Assembly: GCA_028767165.1 (NCBI GenBank)
Contig: JARACJ010000006.1
Coordinates: 259,580-323,579 of the forward strand
Reading direction: 5' to 3'
Origin: Proteobacteria bacterium DTSAM18
GTDB taxonomy: Bacteria > Myxococcota_A > UBA796 > GCA-2862545
Length of the DNA stretch: 64,000 bases
The notes beneath the pieces were generated by a model. That model did no database searches. It was not told the DNA's origin and saw only the letters and a program-made list of their open reading frames with translations. This document shows positions 9,538 through 20,325 of the stretch, one piece after another. The stretch's first letter is position 1, and each line of letters begins with the position of its first letter. A program made the position numbers and the translations under genes.

Positions 9538-10563
9538 TCAGAAATCAGCGTCGAAGGCGACATCGCCTTCGATACCGACCTGGTAGGCCGACACACGACG
9601 CTCGAAGAAGTTGGTGAGCTCCTGCACGTCCTGCAGCTCCATGAAGCTGAAGGGGTTGTCGGAGCCGAACACGGGCTCGAGGCCCAGGGTCTTCAGGCGC
9701 TGGTCGGCGATGTACTCGAGGTAGGAGCGCATGTCGGACAGGGACATGCCGTTCACGCCGCCGGAGAGGACGTCCTCGGCGAAGGCGTACTCGCACTCCA
9801 CGGCCTCGCGGATCATCTGCGTGACCCGCTCGTCCATGGAGTCGTCCCACAGCTCGGGCTCCTCGGCGCGGACGGTGTCGACCACGGAGAAGGCGAACTT
9901 CATGTGCATGGACTCGTCGCGGAAGACCCAGTTGGTGCCGGAGGCGAGGCCGTCCAGCAGGCCGCGGGAGCGCAGGAAGTAGACGTAGGCGAAGGCGCCG
10001 AAGAAGAACAGACCCTCGATGCAGGCAGCGAAGCAGATCATGTTCAGCAGGAAGCGACGACGATCCTCCACCGTCTCGAGCTGATCGAGCTCGTCGATGG
10101 AGTCCATCCACTTCATGCAGAACTCGGCCTTCTTCTGGATGGAGGGGATGTTGTGGATCGCGGCAAAGGCCTGCTGACGCTCCTTGGGATCAGGAATGTA
10201 GGTGTCGAGCAGGGTCAGGTAGAACTGCACGTGCAGCGCTTCCTCGAACAGCTGGCGGGACAGGTACAGCCGGGCCTCGGGGGCGTTCACGTGCTTGTAC
10301 AGGTTGAGCACCAGGTTGTTCGCCACGATGGAGTCGCCGGTGGCGAAGAAGGCCACCAGGCGGTTGATCAGGTGGCGCTCGGCGGGACCGAAGCGGGAGT
10401 TCAGGTCCATCACGTCGCGGCTGAAGTCCACCTCTTCGACGGTCCAGGTGTTCTTGATGCCATCCCGGTACATGTCGTAGAACGCGGGGTACTTCATGGG
10501 ACGCAGCGTCAGGTTCAGTCCGGGATCGAGCAGCATCGGAGCCTCCGGCATCGCCGGCTCCAA
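9538..10563 (-). CDS. nrdB: Ribonucleotide reductase class Ia small (beta/R2) subunit
   Basis: Di-iron ferritin-like R2 sequence (EEALHVQFY, tyrosyl-radical region). Located immediately downstream of nrdA. Confidence 0.9.
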   Translation of the reverse strand: MEPAMPEAPMLLDPGLNLTLRPMKYPAFYDMYRDGIKNTWTVEEVDFSRDVMDLNSRFGPAERHLINRLVAFFATGDSIVANNLVLNLYKHVNAPEARLYLSRQLFEEALHVQFYLTLLDTYIPDPKERQQAFAAIHNIPSIQKKAEFCMKWMDSIDELDQLETVEDRRRFLLNMICFAACIEGLFFFGAFAYVYFLRSRGLLDGLASGTNWVFRDESMHMKFAFSVVDTVRAEEPELWDDSMDERVTQMIREAVECEYAFAEDVLSGGVNGMSLSDMRSYLEYIADQRLKTLGLEPVFGSDNPFSFMELQDVQELTNFFERRVSAYQVGIEGDVAFDADF

Positions 10564-10866
10564 ACCGCCGGCGTCAGTCTTCGTTCAGAAAGGATGTCAT
10601 ACAGAGCGGGACCAGAGGGCCCCGCGAGAGTTCTGCGTGCCGATTCTCCAGGGAGTGGGGCCAGAAGAGCCCCTCAGAACATCCCCCAGGAGCGGGGAAG
10701 GGAGAATGCGGACCGAGTCCGCGCAGGCAGGCTCGCCTCAGGGCGGGTAGGCCGAAGGCCGGTCGAGAGGAGGGATGGTAGCAGAGCTACCTGACCGACG
10801 AACGGGCCCGCCCTGTGGCGAGACCGCCAAGCGGGCGAAGGGAGCAGGCTCCCTTCACCGCTCCCC

Positions 10867-13200
10867 CTACTGGCAGGCCTCGCAGACCTCGGGGTTCTCG
10901 AGGGAGCAGACCACGGCCTCTTCGGCGGTGAAGGTCTTCTTGGCCTTGGAACCGCTGCCGCTGGACATCGCGATGCGAGTCGCAGGGCGGGAGCGCAGGT
11001 AGTAGGTGGTCTTCAGGCCGCGCTTCCAGGCGTACATGTACATCGAGGACAGACGTCCGATGTTCGGGGACTCCTGGAAGAGGTTCAGCGACTGGCTCTG
11101 ATCGATGTAGGCGCCGCGGTCGGCGGCCAGGTCGATCAGGGACTTCATGGAGAGCTCCCAGGCCGTGCGGTACAGCTTGCGGAGATCCTCGGGGAGCTCC
11201 ATCAGGCCCTGCACGGAGCCGTTGGCCTCCTTGATGGCCATGCGGATGTCGTCGTTCCACAGACCCAGGCGGCGCAGGTCGGCCACGAGGTAGCGGTTGA
11301 CCTGCAGGAACTCACCGGAGAGGGTCTCGCGCTTGAACAGGTTGGAGACCTGGGGCTCGATGCACTCGAACACGCCGAGGATGGAGGCGATCGTGGCCGT
11401 GGGGGCGATGGCCACCAGCAGCGAGTTGCGCATGCCGTGCTCGACGACGCTCTTGCGCAGGCCGTTCCAGTCCAGATCCGTGGTGGGGTGCACGTTCCAC
11501 AGGTCGGGCTGCAGGAAGCCCTGGGCGGCGCGGGTCTCGTTGAAGTTCGGGTGACGGCCGAGCTCCTGGGCGAGCTCCATGGAGGTCTTCACCGCGTGGA
11601 AGTACACCGTCTCGGAGATCTTCAGGGAGATGGCGCGGGCCTCCTCGCTGTCGAAGTTCAGGCCCATCTTGAAGAAGACGTCCTGCAGACCCATCATGCC
11701 GAGGCCCACGGGGCGCCACTTCATGTTGGAGTGCTTCGCCTCGGGGATGGAGTACAGGTTCCGGTCGATGACGCGGTCGAGCTGGCGGACGGCCACGCGC
11801 ACGGTGTGGGCGAGCTTGTCGAAGTCGAAGCCGTCGTCGCCGCAGTGCTTGGACAGGTTGATGGACGCCAGGTTGCAGACGGCGGTCTCGTCGGAGTTGG
11901 TGACCTCGATGATCTCGGTGCACAGGTTGGACAGGTGCACGACCCGACCGGGCAGGGCGGTCTGGTTGCAGGTGCGGTTGGACGCATCCTTGAAGCACAT
12001 CCAGCCGTTGCCGGTCTGGGCGAGGGTCCGCATCATGCGGGCGTACAGGTCGCGGGCCTTGACCGTCTTCTCGACGATGCCGGCGCGCTCGTAGGCCAGG
12101 TAGCGGCGCTCGAAGTCCTCACCGTAGCTGTCGACCAGATCGGGGCACTTCGCCGGGTCCATCAGGGACCAGGTGCCACCGGACTCGACGCGCTTCATGA
12201 AGAGGTCGGGAATCCAGTTGGACAGGTTCAGGTTGTAGGTACGACGGGCCTCGTCGCCGGTGTTGTCGCGCAGCTCGAGGAAGGCCTCGATGTCGGCGTG
12301 CCAGGGCTCGAGGTACACACAGGCGGCGCCCTTGCGGCGACCACCCTGGTTGACCGCGGACACGGAGGCGTCGAGGGTCTTCAGGAAGGGAACGACGCCG
12401 CGGGAGTGACCGTTGGTGCCCTTGATGTGGGACCCCTCGGAGCGCACGCGGGTGTAGGCCAGACCGATGCCACCCGCGAACTTGGAGAGCAGCGCGATGT
12501 CGGTGTAGCGCTTGTAGATGTCGATCAGCTCGTCCTTGGGGGAGTCCAGGAGGAAGCAGGAGGACAGCTGCTCACGCTGGGTGGCCGCGTTGAACAAGGT
12601 GGGGGAGCTGGGCAGGAAGTCGTGGTTCGAGAAGCACTCGTACAGCTCGATGGCATCCTGGACGTTGTCGGACACGCCGATGGCCACGCGAAGGAAGAAG
12701 TACTGGGGGGTCTCCAGGGCTTCGCGGGTGGTCGGGTGGCGCAGCACGTAGCGGTCGCGGACGGTCTTCAGGCCGAAGTACTCGAACGACTTGTCGCGCT
12801 CGGGCTTGATGGCGGCGTTGAAGATGTCGGCGTTCTCCTGGACCATCTTCAGGACGCGATCGTTGATCAGCTGGACGTCGTAGGAGGACTGGATGGCCTC
12901 GGAGAACGTGGCGCCGGCGGAGCGGGCGACCTCCTCCTGGATGACCTCGGCCAGCGCGCGGGCGGCCAGCTTGGAGTACTCGGGCTCCTCGAAGGTGCGA
13001 CCGGCGGCATCATGGATGACGAGGTCGCGCAGGGCGACGTGGTCGTGGGGATCCTTGGCGGCGCGGACGACGCGCTCGGCGACGGCCGGGAGGGACAGGT
13101 GGCCCAGGTCGGAACCCAGGGTCTGCAGGTAGGCCAGGAGGGATGCGACGGCGTCCTCGCGAGAGGGTGCGTCGATCTGGGTGGTGTTGGTGGTTTCCAT
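10867..13200 (-). CDS. nrdA: Ribonucleotide reductase class Ia large (alpha/R1) subunit
   Basis: Catalytic 'CNLASINL' region and a C-terminal Cys pair (CSLENPEVCEACQ). Start at the METTNTTQ ATG at 13200 with a GGAGGAGAG RBS. Confidence 0.9.
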   Translation of the reverse strand: METTNTTQIDAPSREDAVASLLAYLQTLGSDLGHLSLPAVAERVVRAAKDPHDHVALRDLVIHDAAGRTFEEPEYSKLAARALAEVIQEEVARSAGATFSEAIQSSYDVQLINDRVLKMVQENADIFNAAIKPERDKSFEYFGLKTVRDRYVLRHPTTREALETPQYFFLRVAIGVSDNVQDAIELYECFSNHDFLPSSPTLFNAATQREQLSSCFLLDSPKDELIDIYKRYTDIALLSKFAGGIGLAYTRVRSEGSHIKGTNGHSRGVVPFLKTLDASVSAVNQGGRRKGAACVYLEPWHADIEAFLELRDNTGDEARRTYNLNLSNWIPDLFMKRVESGGTWSLMDPAKCPDLVDSYGEDFERRYLAYERAGIVEKTVKARDLYARMMRTLAQTGNGWMCFKDASNRTCNQTALPGRVVHLSNLCTEIIEVTNSDETAVCNLASINLSKHCGDDGFDFDKLAHTVRVAVRQLDRVIDRNLYSIPEAKHSNMKWRPVGLGMMGLQDVFFKMGLNFDSEEARAISLKISETVYFHAVKTSMELAQELGRHPNFNETRAAQGFLQPDLWNVHPTTDLDWNGLRKSVVEHGMRNSLLVAIAPTATIASILGVFECIEPQVSNLFKRETLSGEFLQVNRYLVADLRRLGLWNDDIRMAIKEANGSVQGLMELPEDLRKLYRTAWELSMKSLIDLAADRGAYIDQSQSLNLFQESPNIGRLSSMYMYAWKRGLKTTYYLRSRPATRIAMSSGSGSKAKKTFTAEEAVVCSLENPEVCEACQ

Positions 13201-13486
13201 CTGGTCGAGCACTGTCCTCTCCTCCCCTGGATGGTTGTCCGGTCCGTCCGGAGTCCTTGTCACACTGAATGGTCTGCAATCTGGAGCAGCGAGCCCCCGC
13301 ACCCGTCACCGTGGAGACGAACCCCACCCGCCACGCGACCGTTGTGGATGGTGCGTGTGGGTGACGGTCGAGGTGTGTCGACCGCCGTGTGTCCGACCCT
13401 TCCGCCGACCTGACGCCCCCCTTCGGAGACGGGAGCGCCGACGTGTACTGTGACTCCCGATGGTGCGCGTGGCCGCGCCTCTGGGA

Positions 13487-13535
13487 CCACTAGATATAGT
13501 GGCCCACACGTTCGTTCAACCACTAGATCTAGTGT
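13487..13535. promoter_or_regulatory. Two tandem NrdR-box palindromes (CCACTAGATATAGTGG and CCACTAGATCTAGTGT) in the nrdA leader.
   Basis: 16-bp palindromes matching the NrdR-box consensus (aCACtAtATaTaGTGt). Centre-to-centre spacing is ~33 bp. They lie ~290-330 nt upstream of nrdA. Confidence 0.65.
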
Positions 13536-13871
13536 TGGAGCAAAAGCGGCGCACCAGGCGCAGCCACGGCCTCCGGCCCCTCCGGGAAGGCAGGTTTCGC
13601 TGGCGATCAAAGTGGCGCATCCGTCGTTCATCCCCATCCCCGAGCCCCGCAGGGCGGATTTCCACCAGGATGGCACGTCCGACACGAAATCGGGTCCCTC
13701 CGGTCATTCCACGACCGCGTAGAAACCCGCACTTGCATGGCATGGGTGCGGCAGATCACACCGAGGACCCTGCATCTGTCACCAAGCGGCACACCGAAGG
13801 TACCGGTACCGAACAGGTTCGACCGTGCTCGACTCCCCCCCGCCCGGCCCGCAGCGCGGCGCGCCTGCAAC

Positions 13872-15536
13872 TCAGCGAAGCAGGCCGCGCCGCACCGCCG
13901 ACAGGAACGCCACCGCCGACAGCCCGTACATCACGAGCGACCCCACGGGCAGCTTGCGGAACCAGGTGAGGGGCTCGGTGAGCATCCAGGTGCCGAGCGC
14001 CAGCAGGGCGACCGTCAGGAGCGTGAAGAGCGCCCGGTTGACCCGGCGATCGGTGAGCGCCTCCTGCTCCGGCGAGGTGACCCGCTTGATCTCCATGCGG
14101 ACCCGTTGCGCGTCCAGGTCGTCCAGGAACTGGCCGAACGACACCGGCAGCCTGCGCAGCATGCTCCCCAGGGTGAGCCCGAGGTACATCAGCTCGCCCT
14201 GCATCTTCCCGAGATCGACCCGCTCGGCCAGCAGCCGACGGATGTAGGGCTCGGCCGCCGCAATGGGGTCGACCTCCGGCAGCAGGGTCTTGGCCAGGCC
14301 CTCGGTGGTGACCAGGGCCTTGAAGAACATCGTGTAGGCCTGGGGGATGCGGGCGCCGTGCTTGGCGGCCTCCCTGGCCAGGTCGACCACGAAGGGGCCC
14401 ATCTGGATGTCGGACAGGGTGCGACCGGACCAGTGTCGCTCCATCAGCTCCATCACGTCCCGCTCGACCTGGGCGTAGTCCACCCGCCGCGTCTTCACGG
14501 CGATGTCGAAGAACAGGCGGGTGAGGCTGCGGTAGTCGCCGCGCTGCAGGGCGAAGATGATGAGGATGATGTCGTTGCGCATCTCGGTGGTGAGGCGCCC
14601 CATCATCCCGAAGTCGAGCAGGCCCACGCGGCCGTCGTCGAGCACCATCACGTTGCCCGGGTGCAGATCCCCGTGGAAGAAGCCGTGAAGGAACAGCATG
14701 TCGTAGGCCACCTTGAGGTAGCGCTCCCCCACCAGGGCCATGTCGTGGCCGGCGGCGCGGGCCTCCCGGATGCGCGTGCCGTGCAGCCGCTCCATGCACA
14801 GCACCGTGCCGCAGGACAGCCCGGCGACCACCGAGGGCACCCGCACGTCGGGGTTGTCGGCGAGGTTCGCCGCCACCCGCTCCATGTTGGCGGCCTCCTC
14901 GTGGAAGTCGAGCTCGGCCAGCATGGAGGTCTCGAACTCGGCGAGGACCCCCGGCAGGTCGAGGGAGTCGAGCTCGGGCAGCTCGGCGAGCATGCGGGCC
15001 ACGAGGAACTGCAGGATGTTCAGGTCGGAGCGGATGACCCGCCCGATGCCGGGCCGCTGGATCTTGAAGACCACGTCCGAGCCGTCCTGCAGCCGCGCCG
15101 CGTGCACCTGCGCGATGGACGCCGTGGCGAGGGGCTGGGGGTCGAAGTGCTCCACGCCCTGTCGCCAGTCGGGTCCCAGGGCATCGGCCAGCGCCTGTTC
15201 CACGACCCGCAGCGGCACCGAGGTGACCTGATCCTGCAGGCGCTGCAGCGCCCGCACGTAGTCCGGCGGCATGATGTCCGGACGGGTGGAGAGCACCTGC
15301 CCGAGCTTGACGAACGTGGGCCCGAGCTCGGAGAGCGCCATCACGAGGCGCTCCGGCGTGCTGATCAGGGGCTCCGCCTCGCTGCGCTTGGGCAGACCGG
15401 GGATCTGCACACCGGCCACGAGGAGACCGTAGCCGTGCCGCACGAGGATCTGCGCCACCTCCCGCAGCCGGCCGAGGTCGCGCACCCTGCGCGGCACCCC
15501 ACCCACCGTCTGCACGATGGGACGAACGATTCCCAT
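13872..15536 (-). CDS. ubiB: UbiB/ABC1-family atypical protein kinase (AarF/ADCK-like)
   Basis: ABC1 motifs 'FVKLGQVLSTRPDIMPPDYVRALQRLQD', 'HGDLHPGNVMV', 'DFG' and C-terminal TM helices. Start at the MGIVRP ATG with a GGGAGG RBS. Confidence 0.75.
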   Translation of the reverse strand: MGIVRPIVQTVGGVPRRVRDLGRLREVAQILVRHGYGLLVAGVQIPGLPKRSEAEPLISTPERLVMALSELGPTFVKLGQVLSTRPDIMPPDYVRALQRLQDQVTSVPLRVVEQALADALGPDWRQGVEHFDPQPLATASIAQVHAARLQDGSDVVFKIQRPGIGRVIRSDLNILQFLVARMLAELPELDSLDLPGVLAEFETSMLAELDFHEEAANMERVAANLADNPDVRVPSVVAGLSCGTVLCMERLHGTRIREARAAGHDMALVGERYLKVAYDMLFLHGFFHGDLHPGNVMVLDDGRVGLLDFGMMGRLTTEMRNDIILIIFALQRGDYRSLTRLFFDIAVKTRRVDYAQVERDVMELMERHWSGRTLSDIQMGPFVVDLAREAAKHGARIPQAYTMFFKALVTTEGLAKTLLPEVDPIAAAEPYIRRLLAERVDLGKMQGELMYLGLTLGSMLRRLPVSFGQFLDDLDAQRVRMEIKRVTSPEQEALTDRRVNRALFTLLTVALLALGTWMLTEPLTWFRKLPVGSLVMYGLSAVAFLSAVRRGLLR

Positions 15537-15618
15537 GGACGCCTCCCTGTGCCCAACGTGGTACCAAGACGGAAGCGGAAGATCACCCCCAAGCGCCGCG
15601 CGAACGGAAAGAACGCAG

Positions 15619-16749
15619 ATGTCCTCCAACGAACCGCCCCAGATCCCCGAGGAATCCCTCCCGGAGATGCCGCTGTCGAAGGAGCAGGGCTACCTGCTCA
15701 CCGCGAGCGCGCTGCTGGTCGCAACGGTCGCAGGTGGCGCGGCCCTCGCCTACACCAAGCCCGTGGCCGTTCCCTTCGTGCTCTCGCTGCTGATCTCGTA
15801 CCTGGTGGGCCCCATGGTCGACTGGATGCAGCGCCGGTTCCGCTTCCCCAAGGCCCTCGCCCTGCTCGTCGCCTTCCTCGTCGCGGCGCTGTTCATCACG
15901 CTCATCGTGATGCTGATCACCAGCAGCGCCCGGGGCCTGTCCACCCGGGCCGACTTCTACTCCATGCGCATCGAGGCGATGATCGCCGGCCTCACCGACT
16001 TCCTCGCGAGCATGCCGTCGGGGATGGTCCCCGACTCCTGGCTCCAGGGTGAGTTCTCCGTGCAGGAGATCGTCGAGCTGTGGGATGTCGGCTCGGTCGT
16101 CGGAGCCCTGCAGACCGCCGCCGGCAGCGTGCTCCAGGCCGCCTCCAAGCTCGTGGCCAACGCCCTGCTGGTGCTGTTGTTCTCCGCCTTCCTGCTGGCC
16201 CGCCGCCGTCCGGACGAGAAGCGCTCCGAGTTCTTCGCCGACATCAACCGCCGCATCGGCGCCTACCTGTCCACCAAGTTCCTCACCAGCGCCTCCACCG
16301 GCCTGCTCACGGGCGTGCTCCTGGCCATCATCGGGGTGGATCTGGCCTTCGTCTTCGGGCTGCTGGCCTTCCTGCTCAACTTCATCCCGTCCATCGGCTC
16401 CATCATCGCCGTGTTCCTGCCGCTGCCCATCGTCCTGCTGCAGTTCGACAACCTCGGCATGGTGCTCCTGGCCCTGCTCCTTCCCGGCAGCATCCAGTTC
16501 CTGATCGGCAACGTGCTCGAGCCCAAGATCATGGGCGACAACCTCGACCTGCACCCCGTCACCGTGCTGATGGGCCTGCTGTTCTGGGGCATGATCTGGG
16601 GCCCCGTCGGGGCGCTGCTGTCCACGCCGCTCATCGCGGTCATCAAGATCGTGCTGGTGCACATCGAGTTCACGCGGCCCATCGGGGAGCTGCTCGCCGG
16701 GCGGTTGCCGCAGGCGGAAGACGACAGCGCACCCTTGTCGCCATCGTGA
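15619..16749 (+). CDS. AI-2E family transporter (PerM/UPF0118 membrane protein)
   Basis: Multi-pass membrane protein with the AI-2E family architecture. Start at the MSSNEPPQ ATG at 15619. Confidence 0.7.
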   Translation: MSSNEPPQIPEESLPEMPLSKEQGYLLTASALLVATVAGGAALAYTKPVAVPFVLSLLISYLVGPMVDWMQRRFRFPKALALLVAFLVAALFITLIVMLITSSARGLSTRADFYSMRIEAMIAGLTDFLASMPSGMVPDSWLQGEFSVQEIVELWDVGSVVGALQTAAGSVLQAASKLVANALLVLLFSAFLLARRRPDEKRSEFFADINRRIGAYLSTKFLTSASTGLLTGVLLAIIGVDLAFVFGLLAFLLNFIPSIGSIIAVFLPLPIVLLQFDNLGMVLLALLLPGSIQFLIGNVLEPKIMGDNLDLHPVTVLMGLLFWGMIWGPVGALLSTPLIAVIKIVLVHIEFTRPIGELLAGRLPQAEDDSAPLSPS

Positions 16750-16837
16750 TCGATCCCCGGATCGACCTCGCACCCGCCCCAAGACGACGAGAGCCCCGAC
16801 CAACCGGCCGGGGCTCCTTCGGTTCACACCACCGGGA

Positions 16838-17125
16838 TCAGCCGGCGATGGCGTCCATGAACGACGCCATCTTGATGTCGAGGTCGGTGAGCCCGCCCGC
16901 ATCGTGGGTGCTCATGGTGACCTGCACCTTGTTGTAGACGTTGAACCACTCGGGGTGGTGGTTCATCTTGTCTGCAAGCAGCGCCACGCGGGTCATGAAG
17001 CCGAAGGCCTCGTTGAAGTCGCCGAACACGAACTCCCGATGGATGGCGTCGCGGCCCTCCACCTCGGTCCATGCGGGCACCTGTGCGAGGGCCTTGGCCC
17101 GCGCGTCACCGGTCAGTGCGTTCAT
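16838..17125 (-). CDS. phhB: Pterin-4a-carbinolamine dehydratase (PCD/DCoH)
   Basis: 'EF.F.DF..AF.FM..VAL.A.K..HHPEW.NVYN.V...L.THD..GLT..D' PCD signature. The ATG overlaps the upstream gene's stop by 4 nt. Confidence 0.8.
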   Translation of the reverse strand: MNALTGDARAKALAQVPAWTEVEGRDAIHREFVFGDFNEAFGFMTRVALLADKMNHHPEWFNVYNKVQVTMSTHDAGGLTDLDIKMASFMDAIAG

Positions 17126-17709
17126 CCCTGCTCCTCGGCCCGCGCCACGATGAGGGCGTTGGCGGCCATGGGCTTCACCGCGTGGCAGAAGGCCACGAAG
17201 TTCTTCACCTGGGACTCTACCAGCTCCTTCAGCAGGGGCGTGGTGCAGTCGGCGTTCTCGTCGAGCTCCTTGTAGATGTTCGGCAGGAACAGGCGCTCGG
17301 GGAACATGAAGGCGTTGCGGTAGCCGAACACGCCCTGCAGGTGCTCCACGGAGCGCAGACCGCCCCAGGGGCCGGCGGCGATGCCGACGAAGGCCACGGG
17401 GCGCTTGTCGAACGCATCGGGGTAGGGCCACATGTCGATGAACAGCTTGAGCACGCCGGGGTAGCTGCCGTTGTACTCGGGCACGATGATCAGCAGGCCG
17501 TCGGCCTCGACGACCGGGTCGACGAACTTGTGGAAGCCCTCGGGGCGATCCTTGTAGGCGCCGGGGCTGAGCAGCTCGAAGGGAAGCTCGGCGAGGTCGA
17601 CGATGGTGACGTCGCAGCCCTGCTCGGTGTAGCGCTCTGCCATGCGCTTGCCGACGCGCAGGGACTGGGAGCCGGCACGGTTGGTGCCGATGATGATCGT
17701 GAGCTTCAT
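17122..17709 (-). CDS. NAD(P)H-dependent FMN reductase-like flavoprotein (flavodoxin fold)
   Basis: [16 protein letters not shown]... flavodoxin-like fold of the NADPH-dependent FMN reductase family. A 4-nt ATGA overlap with phhB suggests an operon. Confidence 0.65.
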   Translation of the reverse strand: MKLTIIIGTNRAGSQSLRVGKRMAERYTEQGCDVTIVDLAELPFELLSPGAYKDRPEGFHKFVDPVVEADGLLIIVPEYNGSYPGVLKLFIDMWPYPDAFDKRPVAFVGIAAGPWGGLRSVEHLQGVFGYRNAFMFPERLFLPNIYKELDENADCTTPLLKELVESQVKNFVAFCHAVKPMAANALIVARAEEQG

Positions 17710-17731
17710 GGGGTTCTCCAGGGGAGGGCCT

Positions 17732-19579
17732 TCAGGAGGCGTCGTGACGGATGATGTCCAACAGGTCGTGCCCATAGCGCGCCACGCGGGCCGGTCCCAT
17801 GCCCTTGATGGACTCGAGCGCGTGCAGATCGGTCGGACACGCGGCCGCGATGGCCTTCAAGGTGGCGTTGGGAAACACCTGGTAGGGCTTCCAGCCACGC
17901 TGTCGGGCCTGCCGGCTGCGGTAGTCCGCCAGGGCCTTCTCGAGCCCCGTGTACCCGGACCGCCGGGTGGAAGGCTGTGATCCAGGCTCCCGCTTGGGAC
18001 GTACCCTCTTGTCGGCGATCCAGACCGTAGGGTACTTCACGCCCTTGCGCACCAGCCGGCCCTCCTCGAGCAGCTGGTCGATGCCCTTGAACACCGCGGT
18101 CTCGGGCACCCCCTTGAGGGCCCCGAAGGAGGGGTTCTTCGACAGGCCCTTCCTCTTGGCGACCTTGGACTGGCTGCCCCGGACGCCCAGGGCCACCATC
18201 TTCCGGCCCAGCGGCTTCTTCAGGGCGTCGACGAAGGCCAGCACGTGGTCGAGCTGGCCCTGATCGAGCGTCACGGCGTCGTCGGCGGCCTTCTTCGCGG
18301 CGGTCGAGGCCCTTCGAGCCCGTCCCTCCTGCCGCTCGGACTGCACCACCTCCGCCACCGCGTCCGGCACCCGGCAGACGTCGCACCGGCCACACACCGC
18401 CCCCGGAGCCCCCGTGAACCAGGTGCTGATGGCCTGCTGCCGGCAGTCGGTGCCGAAGGCGTAGTCCTGGATGGACTGCAGTCCCTGCAGGGCCCCCTTG
18501 GTGGGACTGCGGCCCATGAGCCGCTTCTGGGTCATCATGTCGGCCGGGCCATACAGCAGCAGGCAGTCCGCATCGCCGCCGTCGCGGCCCGCGCGCCCGG
18601 CCTCCTGGTAGTAGGCCTCCAGCGAGCCGGGGGTCTGCATGTGGACCACCGCCCGCACGTCGGGCATGTCGATGCCCATGCCGAAGGCACAGGTGGCCAC
18701 CATCACGTGCCGCCGCCCCTCGGAGAACCGCTTGAGCGCCGCCTCCCGGGCGCTGTCGGTGCGGCCGGCGTGGTAGTACTCGGCGGTGGTGCCGGCCTCC
18801 CGCAGGGCCTTGGCCACCGCCTGCACCCGCTTGCGGGTGGCGCAGTAGACGATGACGCGCCCGTTGCCCGGCTTGTGCAGTCCCCGCGACCGCAGCACCT
18901 CCACGAGCCGCTCCACACGGGCGTTGTCGCCGCGGATGTGCTCCACCGCGAAGCGCAGGTTGGCCCGGTGGGTGCTGCCCAGGATGACCTCGGGATCGTC
19001 GAGCTTCAGGCTCCGGGCGATGTCCGCCTGGACCTGCCGGGTCGCCGTGGCGGTCAGCGCCATCACGGGCACCCGCCACTCCTCCTTGAGCGCCGACAGC
19101 TGACGGTAGGCGGGCCGGAAGTCGTGGCCCCACTGGGAGACGCAGTGGGCCTCGTCGACGGCCACGGCGGCGATCCCCGCCCGCTCGATCGCCCGTCGGG
19201 CCCCCGCGTGGGACAGGCGCTCGGGACTCACGTAGATGAGCGAGGCGTCGGCCATGGCGGCACGGGCCCGGCGCTGTTCCTCCGCGCTCATGCCCGAGTG
19301 GAGCGCGACGGCCCACACGCCGGCGTCGCACAGGGCCGCCACCTGGTCCTGCATCAGGGCGATGAGCGGGCTGACCACCACCGTGGCCCCCTCCCCTCTC
19401 CGTGCCCGCACGATGGCCGGCACCTGGTAGCACAGGGACTTTCCACCGCCGGTGGGCAGCACGATGCTGACGTCGCGGCCGTGCAGGAAGGCCCCGACCG
19501 CCTCCGCCTGCCCCGGCCGGAAGGTCTCGTGGCCGAAGACCTCCTCGAGCACCTGTGTCGCCATGTCCATCATCCGCAT
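17732..19579 (-). CDS. recQ: ATP-dependent DNA helicase RecQ
   Basis: 'FRPGQ', '[12 protein letters not shown]', DEAH box '[16 protein letters not shown]', RQC zinc cysteines and a C-terminal HRDC domain. Start set at 19579 (AGGTGGG RBS), so the long ORF-track N-terminal extension is discarded. Confidence 0.85.
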   Translation of the reverse strand: MRMMDMATQVLEEVFGHETFRPGQAEAVGAFLHGRDVSIVLPTGGGKSLCYQVPAIVRARRGEGATVVVSPLIALMQDQVAALCDAGVWAVALHSGMSAEEQRRARAAMADASLIYVSPERLSHAGARRAIERAGIAAVAVDEAHCVSQWGHDFRPAYRQLSALKEEWRVPVMALTATATRQVQADIARSLKLDDPEVILGSTHRANLRFAVEHIRGDNARVERLVEVLRSRGLHKPGNGRVIVYCATRKRVQAVAKALREAGTTAEYYHAGRTDSAREAALKRFSEGRRHVMVATCAFGMGIDMPDVRAVVHMQTPGSLEAYYQEAGRAGRDGGDADCLLLYGPADMMTQKRLMGRSPTKGALQGLQSIQDYAFGTDCRQQAISTWFTGAPGAVCGRCDVCRVPDAVAEVVQSERQEGRARRASTAAKKAADDAVTLDQGQLDHVLAFVDALKKPLGRKMVALGVRGSQSKVAKRKGLSKNPSFGALKGVPETAVFKGIDQLLEEGRLVRKGVKYPTVWIADKRVRPKREPGSQPSTRRSGYTGLEKALADYRSRQARQRGWKPYQVFPNATLKAIAAACPTDLHALESIKGMGPARVARYGHDLLDIIRHDAS

Positions 19580-19636
19580 CCCACCTGCTGACCGCCGTGC
19601 GCCACAGGTGTACAGTGCCAGCCACCAGGAGTCGAC

Positions 19637-20317
19637 ATGAGCCGTCGCAACCTCACCATCCTCTCGCTGGTCCTCAGCGGCCTCGTCCTCGCCGCCGGCG
19701 TCCGGATACGCCAGCTCCACGGGGAGCTGCAGCGTACCCGTGCCGCGCTGCAGGCCACCGAGGAGCGCCTCGACGCCGCCCAGCGCCAGCAGCTGCTGCA
19801 GGCCACTCGCCAGCTCCCCGCCGCGGGCTCCGGTCAGGCCGCCGGCACCACGCCATCCCGCCGGTCCACCGCCCGTGGTGCCTCCGGCACGCGGGCCGGC
19901 CCCCCCGACCAGGCACCGGACGGCGGCTCCACCAGTCCCCGCGCGACCCGCAGGGCAGCCGTCCGGGAGCGCCTGCAGCAGGCCAGCGCCCAGCTCCCCG
20001 AGGACTTCTTCCTCGACAAGCTCTTCGACGTGGTGGACGAGCTCGCCGACGAGGAGGGTTGGAGCGACACCACCTACGAGGAGGTCGCCGTCACCTTCGA
20101 GACCACCGCCGATAACCTCAGGTCCATCGCGCTGGACGTGCAGGCCGGTCAACTGTCCCGCTCCCAGGCCCGAGAAGAGCTGCTGACCGAGCGTGACGCG
20201 CTCATCGACGACCTCGATCTCCTCATCGCCCCCGAGGGTACCGAACGCCTGCGCGACATGGTCCGGCAGCAGCTCGCCGAGAAGATCTCCACCCGACGGC
20301 AACGCACCCAACCCTGA
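19637..20317 (+). CDS. Hypothetical membrane-anchored coiled-coil protein. Divergent from recQ.
   Basis: N-terminal TM helix '[17 protein letters not shown]' followed by Gln/Arg-rich coiled-coil and acidic segments. No recognisable domain. Confidence 0.4.
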   Translation: MSRRNLTILSLVLSGLVLAAGVRIRQLHGELQRTRAALQATEERLDAAQRQQLLQATRQLPAAGSGQAAGTTPSRRSTARGASGTRAGPPDQAPDGGSTSPRATRRAAVRERLQQASAQLPEDFFLDKLFDVVDELADEEGWSDTTYEEVAVTFETTADNLRSIALDVQAGQLSRSQAREELLTERDALIDDLDLLIAPEGTERLRDMVRQQLAEKISTRRQRTQP

Positions 20318-20325
20318 GGTTTCCC

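Noticed and set aside
6942-9617. 891-aa + strand ORF antisense to the surface repeat-protein gene. The same applies to other very long antisense ORFs (5861..6850, 17706..19625, 35880..37247, 39336..41168, 58201..62412).
   Set aside because: These are Gly/Arg/Ala/Pro-rich low-complexity translations typical of shadow ORFs opposite genuine high-GC genes. They have no domains, and the opposite strand carries recognisable homologues.
13540-13760. A possible tRNA was considered because of 'GGTTCGA' in the nrdA leader
   Set aside because: There is no cloverleaf-compatible acceptor/T-arm complementarity and no CCA context. It is just a GC-rich leader.
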